DNA of 60,347 nt from an uncultured Pseudomonadota bacterium. GTDB taxonomy: Bacteria; Pseudomonadota; Alphaproteobacteria; RF32; CAG-239. The notes under the pieces were generated by a model, which saw only the letters and a list, made by a program, of their open reading frames with translations, searched no databases and was not told where the DNA came from. Where the stretch lies: NCBI GenBank assembly GCA_902793695.1, contig CADBEI010000005.1, positions 1 through 60,347 on the forward strand, read 5' to 3'. A program made the position numbers and the translations under genes. Shown here one piece after another: positions 8,397-18,665 of the stretch (positions within the stretch are counted from its first letter, which is position 1; every line of letters starts with the position of its first letter).

Positions 8397-9704
8397 TTAA
8401 TCAAATTTTTTGCCGATACAGCGATATTCAAAGCCGAGTTTAATGGCTTCCGCCGGATTCAGCATATTGCGAAAATCCAGAATTTTTTTGCTACGCATAA
8501 GCTGTGCCACGCCATTTAAATCCACTGCCGCAAATTGTTTCCACTCAGTCAGAATCACCAAAACATCGGCATCTTTCACCGCCACATACATATCGTCGGC
8601 ATAGGCAATTTTATCGCCCAACAGCTGACACGCCGTGCCCATTGCTTTCGGGTCATACGCCGTTATATCGACCTTGTGTTGCAACAGTGCCGCAATCACA
8701 TCCATGGCCGGGCTCTGCCGACAATCATCGGTACCGTCTTTAAAAGCCAAGCCCCATACCGCGATTTTGGCGTGCGGAATTTGTTTAACAGCCGCCAGAA
8801 CACGCTCGGCCATTTTTTCTTTGCGTTTTTTATTGCCGGCAATCGTGGTTTCTATCAGCTCAATAGGTGTGCCGACAGCACGTCCCATATATGCCATCGC
8901 CATTGTGTCTTTCGGGAAACAACTTCCGCCGTAGCCCAAACCGGCATTCAAAAAACGACTGCCGATGCGACTATCCAAACCCATACCCTTGGCAACTTCG
9001 CTGATGTCGGCACCGGACTTTTCGCAAAAGTCGGCTATTTCGTTGATATAATGAATCTTCATCGCCAAAAAAGCATTGGACGCGTATTTAATGGTTTCGC
9101 TGGAACGACGCGACACAAACAGCATATTGGTTTTATCGATAAACGGAGCATAGAGTTCTTTAATCAGCGCAGTCGCCCTTTCAGAATTGGAACCAATTAC
9201 GATTCTGTCCGGATTGAAAAAATCGTGAATGGCAAAGCCTTCGCGCAAAAATTCCGGCAAAGAAATAACATCAAAGCGCGCGGTCGGATTTTTGGTGCGA
9301 ATAATCTGCTCGACGTTGTCACCCGTGCCGACCGGAACCGTGGATTTTGTGGCAATAACCGTATAGTCGGTCAAATACTCTGCAAGTTCAGTGGCGGCGG
9401 CATAAATATATTTCATATCCGCCTCGTGCGTAATCGGGTGAGGCGGTGTGCCTACGGCAATCAGCACCACATCGGCCCCCTCAACTGCCTTGCGCATGGA
9501 AGTGGTAAAACTCAAACGACCTTCAGCGATATTTTTCTTGAAAAGTTCTTCCAAACCATCTTCATAAATAGTCAGCTTGCCTGCTTTTAAATCATCAATT
9601 TTCTCTTTGATTTTATCAACGCAAACTACCTCGTTACCGAGTTCCGCCAATCCTACTCCGGTTGGCAAACCGACGTATCCTATACCGATAATGCCTATCT
9701 TCAT
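8397..9704 (-). CDS. ugd: UDP-glucose 6-dehydrogenase
   Basis: GIGYVG, KSTVPVGT, PEFLREG and GYGGSCFPKD motifs. Confidence 0.95.
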   Translation of the reverse strand: MKIGIIGIGYVGLPTGVGLAELGNEVVCVDKIKEKIDDLKAGKLTIYEDGLEELFKKNIAEGRLSFTTSMRKAVEGADVVLIAVGTPPHPITHEADMKYIYAAATELAEYLTDYTVIATKSTVPVGTGDNVEQIIRTKNPTARFDVISLPEFLREGFAIHDFFNPDRIVIGSNSERATALIKELYAPFIDKTNMLFVSRRSSETIKYASNAFLAMKIHYINEIADFCEKSGADISEVAKGMGLDSRIGSRFLNAGLGYGGSCFPKDTMAMAYMGRAVGTPIELIETTIAGNKKRKEKMAERVLAAVKQIPHAKIAVWGLAFKDGTDDCRQSPAMDVIAALLQHKVDITAYDPKAMGTACQLLGDKIAYADDMYVAVKDADVLVILTEWKQFAAVDLNGVAQLMRSKKILDFRNMLNPAEAIKLGFEYRCIGKKFD

Positions 9705-9851
9705 ATTTTATACTCCGTTCGTCTTATAAATTTTATACAGTTATTATCGTAAATAAACAAATTGCTAACCGTATTTATCCCCTTAATTTTGTGCGCTACA
9801 AACAAAAAAAGCGGCACCTTTTTAGGGTGTCGCCTTTGTTGATTTAAGGAA

Positions 9852-11624
9852 TTAATCTTTGGAAATTTCCGCCGCCAGAGCCTCGAGCTCGGCCATTTCC
9901 CGTTCCAGCAGCTTAATCCCGTCCTGCCAAAAACTCGGAGAAGTCGCATCAATACCGAATCGGCTCAGCGCCTGACGATAGTTCTCGATACCGCTGTTTT
10001 CCAGCATCTTCATATACTTGCCGGCAAAATTTCTTACCGTCCCGGACTTATACGCCTCATACAATGAATTAACCACGCAGCACGAGAAACAGTACGAATA
10101 AACATAGTAATCATACTCAAAAAAGTGATGAATACCGGCCCAGATGAACTTCAGATTGCCGGTATCAACGCTTGGCCCGAGATAATTGTCCATAACAGAT
10201 TGGAACATCTCTTGCAACCTTTGCGCCGAGACTTCGCCCTTGGCACGCTCAATGTGTGCCATATCTTCAAAACGATGAAACGCAATCTGACGACTGGTGG
10301 TGGCAATCATTTCTTCGATATGCTTGGCCAGCAGCACAAAACGCCAACGCGGATTGCCTTCCCTTTGAAGCATGGCATCAAACACCAGCTGTTCGGCAAA
10401 AATCGATGCGGTTTCCGCTTGTGCACAAGACTTTTCGCGTCCAAGCTCGCCATACTTCTTACTGACGTATTCATGCACGGCGTGTCCGAGTTCGTGTGCC
10501 AGAACATCAATATCGCAGAAACGACCGTTGAAGTTGACGAATACACGAGGCAGACAGCCGACCGGCATTTCCATGCAATAGGCTCCGTCAGCTTTGCCCT
10601 CGTAGGGGTAAAAGTCAATACAGTCTTGATCAAAGAACATTTGTGCTATCTCGGCAAACTTCGGAGAGAACTCGGCAAACGTAGCCAAAATCAACTCTTT
10701 AGCTTCTTCCAATGAGTAGCGTTCACCCTCTATTTCAAACGGATAAGGGGCTAACCTGTCCTGATACGGCAACTTGTCAACACCGAGCATCTTGGCCTTG
10801 AGTGCATGATAGCGATGGGCCAATTTACGTGCCGAAGAGTCATCACAGGCAAACGTATTAACCAGATTGTTCAAATCGTTGCCGTCGATATCGTTGAGCA
10901 AATTCGCCTCCTCTGTCGGATAGCTGTAATTCCGCCACTCTTGTTCAATGGCACGGCTCTTGAGTAAAGCATTGTAGATGAGAGCAAACAACTCTTGCCG
11001 TTCTTCATACCACGCTATACGCTTGGTCTCTGCTTCGGCTCGCAAAGAAACATCTTGCGAATCATAAAGTTGCATCAGTTCGCCCTCATTGTACTTTTTA
11101 CCGCGCACTTCAATCGAGAACTTGGCGCGCTCCTCATTGTAAAGTCGCACCCAGTAGTCGGCAACAGCCTGCTGATCGCAGAGCATTTGCTCCAACTCAC
11201 TCGAAAGGGTATGCGGCCTGAACTTCAGGCATTTTCTGAGCCAAGCCTTTTTGCCACGGTCATCGTCATTATCCGGTAAAATTACCTGCCGATAATCCAG
11301 TCCCTTACAAATCTCCACTTTCAAAAATGCCAATTCCTTTTGGCATTTTTTCACGGTATCTTGCATATTCTGGTAAAAGGTGCACACCGCTTTGTCATTT
11401 AAATGGGTTGACCACACCAGATATGAGTAGCTGTCCAATCGGCAAAGCATTGCGCAAACAGAGGCATACTCGGATAAGCAGTCGTGGAAATACATCGGCT
11501 TCAAAGAGGCGACTATCCCTTCATACTTTTTCCGGAAATAACTACACTGCAAAAGTGCTTTTTTGCTTGCGACACGCGCATCATCAGATGATGCAAAAAT
11601 GTCAGATAAATTCCATTTTTCCAT
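9852..11624 (-). CDS. pepF: M3B oligoendopeptidase (PepF-like)
   Basis: HELGH zinc motif, AETAS, GK..GAYC and HFFEYDYYVYSY. Start taken at MEKWNL, downstream of a TTGACA-17-TAAACT promoter (11690-11662). Confidence 0.88.
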   Translation of the reverse strand: MEKWNLSDIFASSDDARVASKKALLQCSYFRKKYEGIVASLKPMYFHDCLSEYASVCAMLCRLDSYSYLVWSTHLNDKAVCTFYQNMQDTVKKCQKELAFLKVEICKGLDYRQVILPDNDDDRGKKAWLRKCLKFRPHTLSSELEQMLCDQQAVADYWVRLYNEERAKFSIEVRGKKYNEGELMQLYDSQDVSLRAEAETKRIAWYEERQELFALIYNALLKSRAIEQEWRNYSYPTEEANLLNDIDGNDLNNLVNTFACDDSSARKLAHRYHALKAKMLGVDKLPYQDRLAPYPFEIEGERYSLEEAKELILATFAEFSPKFAEIAQMFFDQDCIDFYPYEGKADGAYCMEMPVGCLPRVFVNFNGRFCDIDVLAHELGHAVHEYVSKKYGELGREKSCAQAETASIFAEQLVFDAMLQREGNPRWRFVLLAKHIEEMIATTSRQIAFHRFEDMAHIERAKGEVSAQRLQEMFQSVMDNYLGPSVDTGNLKFIWAGIHHFFEYDYYVYSYCFSCCVVNSLYEAYKSGTVRNFAGKYMKMLENSGIENYRQALSRFGIDATSPSFWQDGIKLLEREMAELEALAAEISKD

Positions 11625-11770
11625 AAGCATAAAACTAAATAAATAATTGTATTTTGCCCCGAGTTTACCGATATTTTTTGTTTTTGTCAATCATTAAAAA
11701 CAAATACTTTATTTAAGAAAACAAAAAGCGGAGTATTTTTCGTACTCCGCCGCAAATTAATATTTTTCCA

Positions 11771-12175
11771 TCAATAACGGTTTTCCAAATCAACGGGTTT
11801 TTCTTCTTCAACAACTTCCTGAACTTTTTCCTGAACTTTTTCTTCGGAAACATTTTCCGTCGGTTGTTGTGGTTCCGCATCGCTTTTTGTTTTTTTATTC
11901 TTATTGATGAAACTGCCCATAAACTTCAAAGACTCTTCAATTTCTTCGGGAGTATTGTCTTCAGCTTCCGTTTTTTCTTCGGCATTTTTTTTGTTTTCCA
12001 TCTCGGTTTTAACTTGCTTAATCCGTTTTTTTGCAATTTTGGATCCCTCTTTTGCCACATCTACGCTGTTCTTGAATTTTTCCTCCAACAGCGCGCGCAA
12101 TTCGGGTAATTTCTCGGCATTAAAAATTGCCAACACTCCGACAATAACCACAAACCAACCAAAAAATCCGCCCAT
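11771..12175 (-). CDS. TatA/TatB-like protein
   Basis: N-terminal TM plus IFNAEKLPEL, amphipathic helix and acidic tail; follows nagZ as tat genes do in alphaproteobacteria. Confidence 0.6.
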   Translation of the reverse strand: MGGFFGWFVVIVGVLAIFNAEKLPELRALLEEKFKNSVDVAKEGSKIAKKRIKQVKTEMENKKNAEEKTEAEDNTPEEIEESLKFMGSFINKNKKTKSDAEPQQPTENVSEEKVQEKVQEVVEEEKPVDLENRY

Positions 12176-12187
12176 AATTTTCCTCCT

Positions 12188-13234
12188 TTATGCCTTACGC
12201 AGACGGTTCAATACCTCCGTCGCATCATAATTGTAGTTATATGATATAATATTTTTCAGCGCAGTACAATATTTATTTTTAACATATTCATATTGCGTAA
12301 AATCCCCGCTTTTTTTAATTATTTTTTTGATTGTTTCCAATCTTTGTTCAAACTTTGCACTCGGCTCAATTCCGCTTTCACAAACAGCAACATTGGCTGC
12401 AAAATCGGCATTTCCCAAACAAACGACATCGCACCCCGCCTCCATAACGGCACGCGAACGGTCGGCTATGGTGCCGTGCAAGGCTTGCATCATTACGGCA
12501 TCTGAAACCAACATACCGTCGAAGCCGATTTTATCGCGAATGATTTCTTTAATAACTTTCGATGAAACGCTGGCGGCATACTCCTTATCCACTGTCTTCA
12601 ACACAATGTGCGCCACCATTCCCATCGGAGCATCATTCAGAGCAATAAACGGAGCAAAATCGGTTTCCAGTTCGGTCAGATCTTCGTTGATTACCGGCAA
12701 TTCCAAATGCGGATCGGCCGCACCGCGCCCATGCCCCGGCAAATGCTTGATACACGGACATACACCCTGAGTAATATATTCATTAACCATAGCTTTGCCA
12801 AGTTCGGCAGCATTATTTTCAAAACAACGTCCTCTGAGCGCGTTTGACGTTGTTTCGTATAAAGTATCCAAAACCGGTGCAAAATTTACATTGATGCCGC
12901 AATTTTTTAAATCGTGACTGATTAAATAAGCGTGTTGCGCGGCAACTTCCGCTGTTTTAATATCTTGTTGCGCGGTTACCGGTGTAAATTCCGGTTCAAG
13001 CAAGCGACGGACTCTGCCGCCTTCTTGATCAACCGCGACCAAAACATCATCACGTCCGGTCGCATTTTGAATATCCTCAACCAGAGATTTTACCTGTGCG
13101 GCATTTTCAATATTGGCGCAAAACTTGGAAAAAAGGCACACGCCGAGCGGATTATAACGTTCAAACAAACGTTTTTCATCATCACTCAAACGCGCACCCT
13201 GACAAGATAAAAAAGCAGGTAAAATCTTATTCAT
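12188..13234 (-). CDS. nagZ: beta-N-acetylhexosaminidase (GH3)
   Basis: VDQEGGRVRR, NFAPVLD, KHLPGHG...DPH and VSDA.M motifs. Confidence 0.93.
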   Translation of the reverse strand: MNKILPAFLSCQGARLSDDEKRLFERYNPLGVCLFSKFCANIENAAQVKSLVEDIQNATGRDDVLVAVDQEGGRVRRLLEPEFTPVTAQQDIKTAEVAAQHAYLISHDLKNCGINVNFAPVLDTLYETTSNALRGRCFENNAAELGKAMVNEYITQGVCPCIKHLPGHGRGAADPHLELPVINEDLTELETDFAPFIALNDAPMGMVAHIVLKTVDKEYAASVSSKVIKEIIRDKIGFDGMLVSDAVMMQALHGTIADRSRAVMEAGCDVVCLGNADFAANVAVCESGIEPSAKFEQRLETIKKIIKKSGDFTQYEYVKNKYCTALKNIISYNYNYDATEVLNRLRKA

Positions 13235-13237
13235 ATT

Positions 13238-14203
13238 TTAACGCTCTTTAGCGATACAATCGTTCATACCTTTGGCTTTGAGCGCGTTGCATACTTTTTG
13301 TGCGTCTTCTTTAGAGGCAAAGCTGCCGGCGCGGAGTCTGTACATGGTTCCCTTGCTCCCCAAATCAACATTTTGAATTTCGTGCGGCAAACCTTTCAGA
13401 ACTCCGGCATATTTGGAAGAAGCATCGCTCCAAACTTTTTCCACCGCAGCTTTGTTGCTCGAAGCAACCAGTTGAATCTGCCATTTACCGTTGGCGACAA
13501 CCGCCGGTTTTTCCGCAACTTTTTCTACAGTTTTTTCTACGGTTTTTTCCGCGGCTTGGGCTTGTTCTTTTACGGTTTGTGCAACTTCGGCGGCCTTTTC
13601 CTCAACCTTTTCTTTGGTTTCGGCCACGGCTTTGGCGGCGTCAGATTTAGCGGTTTCGGATTTTTCTTCAACCTTCTGTGCGGTTTCTTTAATTTCTGCC
13701 TTGTTTTCTTCCAGCAAATCCTGCGGTTTTGCGGCCACATCATCCGAATTTTCTTCGGAAACGACATCAACTATTTCATTCAAATCGGTAGCATTAACGT
13801 CCGTTACTTCCGGCACAATATCCGGTAATTTAGGCTGTTCCGGTGTCGGCAACAGATTTTCCACCACGGTATTATCCACATCTTTCTTTTCAACCAGATT
13901 GTAGATGTCTTTATCCTGATTCGGAATATCCATTCCGCCCGGATTTTCCGGCTTAACTTTCACCGCGGTTTCCGGACGATGAATGGTCGGAACATCTTTG
14001 TGCGCCTGCTTATATTGCGGTGCCAACACAAACCAAGCCACCACACCGGCCAAAACAATACCGGCCAAAGTGCCTAAAAAATTGTTACGTGAACGTGCCA
14101 GTTCATGCCGACGTTCTTCGATGGTGGCGATTTTTTGTTCCGCCACTTTTTGTTTGAATTGATTAACGTAATCGTCGTTTTTGTTGTAAAAATCCTGATA
14201 CAT
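13238..14203 (-). CDS. SPOR-domain cell division protein (FtsN-like)
   Basis: Single TM, KVKPENPGG motif, low-complexity linker, C-terminal WQIQL...YRLRAG SPOR domain. Confidence 0.88.
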   Translation of the reverse strand: MYQDFYNKNDDYVNQFKQKVAEQKIATIEERRHELARSRNNFLGTLAGIVLAGVVAWFVLAPQYKQAHKDVPTIHRPETAVKVKPENPGGMDIPNQDKDIYNLVEKKDVDNTVVENLLPTPEQPKLPDIVPEVTDVNATDLNEIVDVVSEENSDDVAAKPQDLLEENKAEIKETAQKVEEKSETAKSDAAKAVAETKEKVEEKAAEVAQTVKEQAQAAEKTVEKTVEKVAEKPAVVANGKWQIQLVASSNKAAVEKVWSDASSKYAGVLKGLPHEIQNVDLGSKGTMYRLRAGSFASKEDAQKVCNALKAKGMNDCIAKER

Positions 14204-14330
14204 GATAAACCCCTTTTTTATATTTTGTATTTGTTATACAGATTTATGGTTTAAAATCACTTAACAGAATAAAAATTTTCTTTACATTGTTTTCAAAACG
14301 ATAGTAATATTTTGTCAGAGGAAAAAATTT

Positions 14331-15125
14331 ATGAAAATTGCCACGCTCAACATCAACTCCGTCAATGCCAGAATCGCCAATTTATGTGATTGGCTCGGTC
14401 AGCATCAACCTGATGTTTTGCTGTTGCAGGAAATCAAAACCGAATTTAACAATTTTCCGTTTTTTGATTTGCAAATGCAAGGATATGAGACCAAAATTTT
14501 GGGGCAAAAAGGTTATAACGGTGTTGCTATTTTGAGCCGCTACCCTTTAACTTTGCGCACGGAAAATCTGCCGAATTTTACCGACGAAAATGCGCGTTAT
14601 TTGGAGTGCGAAACGGTTATCAACGAACAAAAATACATTATTGCCTCACTCTATTTACCCAACGGTAATCCGCCGTATAACAACCCGTCGGATAATTCAA
14701 AATTTGCATATAAATTGCGTTGGATGGACGCCTTATTGCAACACGCCGATAATTTGTTGCAAACACAAAAAAACGTTGTTTTAGGTGGTGACTTTAATGT
14801 GATTTTAACCCCGCACGATGTATATAATCCCGAGCTGTTCAAGGGCGATGCCTTATATCGGCCGGAAGTACAAAACCGCCTGCGTTTGCTGTTGCGTTCG
14901 GGGTATTGCGATACTTATCGCGCACTGTATCCGGAGCCGAACGGCTACACTTTCTGGGATTATAATGCCGGCTCGTTGCAAAATGATTTGGGATTGCGTA
15001 TTGACTATATTTTAAGTTCGCCGGCGCTGACCGACAGGCTGGTTTCGTGCGTTGTTGACCGCGATTTTCGCACTTGGGAAAAAGCCTCCGACCATACTGT
15101 TTTAATTGCTGAATTTGAGGACTGA
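14331..15125 (+). CDS. xth: Exodeoxyribonuclease III
   Basis: NINSV, LQEIK, GYNGVA, YLPNG, GDFN, RIDY and SDH motifs. Confidence 0.95.
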   Translation: MKIATLNINSVNARIANLCDWLGQHQPDVLLLQEIKTEFNNFPFFDLQMQGYETKILGQKGYNGVAILSRYPLTLRTENLPNFTDENARYLECETVINEQKYIIASLYLPNGNPPYNNPSDNSKFAYKLRWMDALLQHADNLLQTQKNVVLGGDFNVILTPHDVYNPELFKGDALYRPEVQNRLRLLLRSGYCDTYRALYPEPNGYTFWDYNAGSLQNDLGLRIDYILSSPALTDRLVSCVVDRDFRTWEKASDHTVLIAEFED

Positions 15126-15127
15126 AA

Positions 15128-16195
15128 ATGTATCGATTGTTGTTTGCTTTATTTTTACTGTTTCCGCTGATTGCCGATGCCAAAAACAATATCGACACCC
15201 ATCTGGTCAACGAAATGCTGACCACCGTCAACCGCCAATATTATGAGCCGGTTGATAATGCCGAACTGATTTTGGCCGGTCTGCAAGCCGTATCCGATTT
15301 GGATAATAAATTCACTTTCTCCAAAGGGCGCGACCGTTTTTATATTTATTACAACCGCGTCATCAATCGCGCCGTACCTTTTCCGGAAAAAAGCGATGAC
15401 GTTTACGCGTGGATCGAAACTCTATCCAAGCTGTTGAATGCCACCACCGAAATTTCTCAAATTGCCGACGTTAAGGACTTTGAACTGCCGGATCGCGTAA
15501 TGAAAAAAATGACGGAAAGACTTGATGAATATTCGCATTATTATTCGGAATACGATTACGATGAAGACGCGCGCAAAAACGAGGTTTATACATTGTTTAA
15601 GGATAGGCTGATTGACGATGTTTTATACTTAAAAGTCCGCACTTTCAACAAACAAACCGGCAAATTGGTGCAACAGGCGCTGGAAAATAACCCTGAAGTT
15701 AAAGGTGTGGTACTTGATTTGCGCGGCAACAGCGGCGGTATGTTTAACGAAGCACTGAAAGTGGCTAATTTGTTTTGCGATAATGAAATAATTACCTACA
15801 CCGCCGGCCGCAACAACGAAAATATCCATTATTACACCTCCAAAGAGAATCCGCTGTATACCGGTCCGTTGGTGATTATGATTGACGGCGACACGGCCTC
15901 GGCGGCAGAGGTTCTGTCCGGCGGATTGCAGGAACAATCACGCGCCAAACTTATCGGTACTCACAGTTTCGGCAAAGGCACGATTCAGAGCGTTACGCAA
16001 ATGAGTAACGGCGGCCGATTGGTGTTGACTACCGAACAATTTTTCACGCCGAGCGGTAAAGTTATTCATAAAAAAGGCATTGAGCCGGATGTTTGCCTGA
16101 GTGGTAAAACAAGCGAGGGTTGTTACAGCGAAAAACGTGTCGATAAAGAAGAAGATATCGAACAGGCAATCAAATTGCTGAAAGGCGAATTATAA
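15128..16195 (+). CDS. S41 C-terminal processing peptidase lacking a PDZ domain
   Basis: Signal peptide; LDLRGNSGG, TASAAE (catalytic Ser), FGKG (catalytic Lys) and GIEPD motifs. Confidence 0.88.
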   Translation: MYRLLFALFLLFPLIADAKNNIDTHLVNEMLTTVNRQYYEPVDNAELILAGLQAVSDLDNKFTFSKGRDRFYIYYNRVINRAVPFPEKSDDVYAWIETLSKLLNATTEISQIADVKDFELPDRVMKKMTERLDEYSHYYSEYDYDEDARKNEVYTLFKDRLIDDVLYLKVRTFNKQTGKLVQQALENNPEVKGVVLDLRGNSGGMFNEALKVANLFCDNEIITYTAGRNNENIHYYTSKENPLYTGPLVIMIDGDTASAAEVLSGGLQEQSRAKLIGTHSFGKGTIQSVTQMSNGGRLVLTTEQFFTPSGKVIHKKGIEPDVCLSGKTSEGCYSEKRVDKEEDIEQAIKLLKGEL

Positions 16196-16261
16196 GAGCA
16201 CGCTGCGTCGGCTGTGCCTTGCGCTGGCGGTCGTCTTGATAAAATTTTATCTTTTATTTTT

Positions 16262-16458
16262 AATGGCGGATAGAGAGGGATTACTTCGCTGCGCTTCGTT
16301 CTCCTCATTCGTTCGCTGTCGCTCACCGGCGTACTCCCGTCCGCCTCTCATTCGTCGTCGAACCTCTACTTCGAGGGTTCCAATCCCTCAACCGGCTATT
16401 TACGGCAAAACCCTCCGCTAGGGAGGGTTTTATCGTAAATGGCGGATAGAGAGGGATT
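16262..16458. repeat. 21-bp direct repeat of the tRNA-Ser 3' end, period 176 bp
   Basis: AATGGCGGATAGAGAGGGATT at 16262-16282 and 16438-16458. Confidence 0.9.
16398..16440 (-). terminator. Hairpin directly after tRNA-Ser
   Basis: ATTTACG.CAAAACCCTCC/GGAGGGTTTTA.CGTAAAT inverted repeat. Confidence 0.6.
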
Positions 16459-16530
16459 CGAACCCTCGGTACCCTTTGGAGGTACACACGATTTCCAATC
16501 GTGCGCCTTCGACCACTCGGCCATCTATCC
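16440..16530 (-). tRNA. tRNA-Ser(GGA)
   Basis: GGATAGATGGCCGAGTGGTCGAAGGCG...TT-GGA-AA...long variable arm...GGTTCGAATCC...TATCCGCCA. Confidence 0.96.
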
Positions 16531-16682
16531 ATTCAAATCTACACCTGTATAAACCGATATTTTTATTTTCGCAAGTATTTTTTGCACCTGTGCGTATTTT
16601 TATGCACCGCACACCATAATCAAAAACCGCCGAGCTAACAACTCAGCGGTTTTCTTTTTCCCGAAATATTGTTCAAAAATTA

Positions 16683-17138
16683 TCAGTAATACGGTATAAT
16701 TCTCGAAGTTGCGCCGTTAATCAGCATACATCTCTGACCGGCCGACAACAACGTATCCGTACCTTGTGTCACGCTGTAAATCTGACCGCTGTCGGTACGA
16801 ACCACATATTCGTAACCGCTTTGGCTCATCATTTGGTCTTGAGCCATAGCACCGACTGCCATACCGGCCAAGGCACCGCCGATGGCACCGATGGCATGCG
16901 AACTGCTACCGTGACCGATGGTTGAACCGGCCACACCGCCGGCAACACCGCCGAGCAAACCGCCGGTAGAATTATCACTGCTGTTGACATTTACCTGACG
17001 AACCGACATTACCGTGCACGGAAAACCGTTGCTGGCTTGGCGAACAGAGCCGTAATCATAGTCGTTACTACCGATGCGCGGAGCACAAGCGGCAACTGCC
17101 AAAATAACCGGAACGGCGAATAATATTGCTTTTTTCAT
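16683..17138 (-). CDS. SlyB-like outer membrane lipoprotein (glycine zipper 2TM)
   Basis: Lipobox VAA-C; GGLLGGVAGGVAGSTIG.G...GAIGGALAG glycine zipper; EYVVRTDSG..SVTQ. Confidence 0.88.
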   Translation of the reverse strand: MKKAILFAVPVILAVAACAPRIGSNDYDYGSVRQASNGFPCTVMSVRQVNVNSSDNSTGGLLGGVAGGVAGSTIGHGSSSHAIGAIGGALAGMAVGAMAQDQMMSQSGYEYVVRTDSGQIYSVTQGTDTLLSAGQRCMLINGATSRIIPYY

Positions 17139-17267
17139 TGCGTATCTCCTAAATATTAACTATATACATAATTATCCATAACTTTTTTGTTGTCAAGACT
17201 AGACAATTAAATATCAATGTTATATAGTGCATAAAATTTTGATTTTTAAAACTTATCAGAGGGAAAA

Positions 17268-18656
17268 ATGTTAAAAAGAACTAAAATTAAAAAATTGTTG
17301 GCTTCCGAGCAAACTATTGCCGAAGTGTTGGTAAAAGGTTGGGTTAAAACCAAACGCGACTCCAAAGATTTTTCGTTTATTGAAGTGAATGACGGTTCGT
17401 GTTTGAAAAATATACAGGTTATCGCCAATAATACCCTCAATAATTATGATGAAATTAAAAAGCTGACTACCGGTTCGTCCGTTGCAATTAAAGGTGCTCT
17501 GATCGAATCCGCCGGCGGCAAACAAAAATACGAAATTAAGGCCGAAAATATCGAAATTTACGGTATTGCGCCGGACGATTATCCGCTGCAAAAGAAAGGT
17601 ATGAGCGACGAATTCTTGCGCTCGATTGCTCACTTACGTCCGCGTACCAACAAATACGGCGCGGCTTTTCGTGTACGCTCGCGGCTTTCGTACGCCATTC
17701 ATCAATTTTTCCAAAACCGCGGTTTTGTGTATGTGCACACTCCGCTGATTACGGCTTCCGATTGCGAAGGTGCCGGCGAGATGTTTCAGGTAACAACGCT
17801 TGATTTGAAGAATCCGCCGCTGTTGCCGAACGGCGAAATTGATTACGTCAAAGATTTCTTCGGCAAAAAGTCGAGTTTGACCGTTTCCGGACAACTTAAC
17901 GGCGAAATGTACGCTTGCGCTTTGGGAGATATTTATACTTTCGGACCGACTTTCCGTGCCGAAAATTCCAACACGCCGCGCCACGCCGCCGAGTTCTGGA
18001 TGATAGAACCGGAAATGGCGTTTGCCGACCTTAACGACGATATGGATTTGGCCGAGGATATGGTGCGCTATCTGGTTAAGGATATTATGGAAAACTGCGC
18101 CGATGATTTGGATTTGTTTGAAAAATTCATCGATCCGACGCTGAAACAAACTTTGAGCAATATCGTGGAAAACGGCTTTGCCCGCATTACATATACCGAA
18201 GCTATCGAAATTATGAAAAAATCCGGCAAAAAATTTGAATATACGCCGGAATACGGAATTGATTTGCAAACGGAACACGAACGTTTTCTGGCGGAAGAAC
18301 ACTTTAAGCGTCCGGTAATTGTGCGCGATTATCCGCAAGAAATCAAAGCGTTTTATATGCGCCTCAACGAAGACGGTAAAACCGTGGCGGCAATGGACGT
18401 TTTGGTACCGAGAATCGGCGAGCTTATCGGCGGTTCGCAACGTGAAGACCGCTATGATGTTTTGGTTAAAAAAATCAAGGATTTGGGTATGGACATCAAA
18501 AATTACGAATGGTATCTCGACTCCCGTAAATACGGCACGGTGCCGCATGCCGGTTTCGGTTTGGGTTTTGAGCGCATGATGATGCTGGTTACCGGTATTA
18601 CCAACATTCGCGACACCATCCCGTTCCCGCGTACTCCGAAGTCGGTGGCATTTTAA
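17268..18656 (+). CDS. asnS: Asparagine--tRNA ligase
   Basis: [36 protein letters not shown] and GFGLGFER motifs. Confidence 0.97.
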   Translation: MLKRTKIKKLLASEQTIAEVLVKGWVKTKRDSKDFSFIEVNDGSCLKNIQVIANNTLNNYDEIKKLTTGSSVAIKGALIESAGGKQKYEIKAENIEIYGIAPDDYPLQKKGMSDEFLRSIAHLRPRTNKYGAAFRVRSRLSYAIHQFFQNRGFVYVHTPLITASDCEGAGEMFQVTTLDLKNPPLLPNGEIDYVKDFFGKKSSLTVSGQLNGEMYACALGDIYTFGPTFRAENSNTPRHAAEFWMIEPEMAFADLNDDMDLAEDMVRYLVKDIMENCADDLDLFEKFIDPTLKQTLSNIVENGFARITYTEAIEIMKKSGKKFEYTPEYGIDLQTEHERFLAEEHFKRPVIVRDYPQEIKAFYMRLNEDGKTVAAMDVLVPRIGELIGGSQREDRYDVLVKKIKDLGMDIKNYEWYLDSRKYGTVPHAGFGLGFERMMMLVTGITNIRDTIPFPRTPKSVAF

Positions 18657-18665
18657 GGATAAAAG

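Noticed and set aside
8535-9590. 351-aa plus-strand ORF
   Set aside because: Antisense shadow of ugd with no motifs or RBS. The same applies to 17634-18548 (asnS) and the other short overlapping ORFs in the track.
13491-13760. Repetitive DNA in the SPOR gene (also the rodZ linker)
   Set aside because: Ordinary low-complexity E/K/A/T linker coding, not an array.
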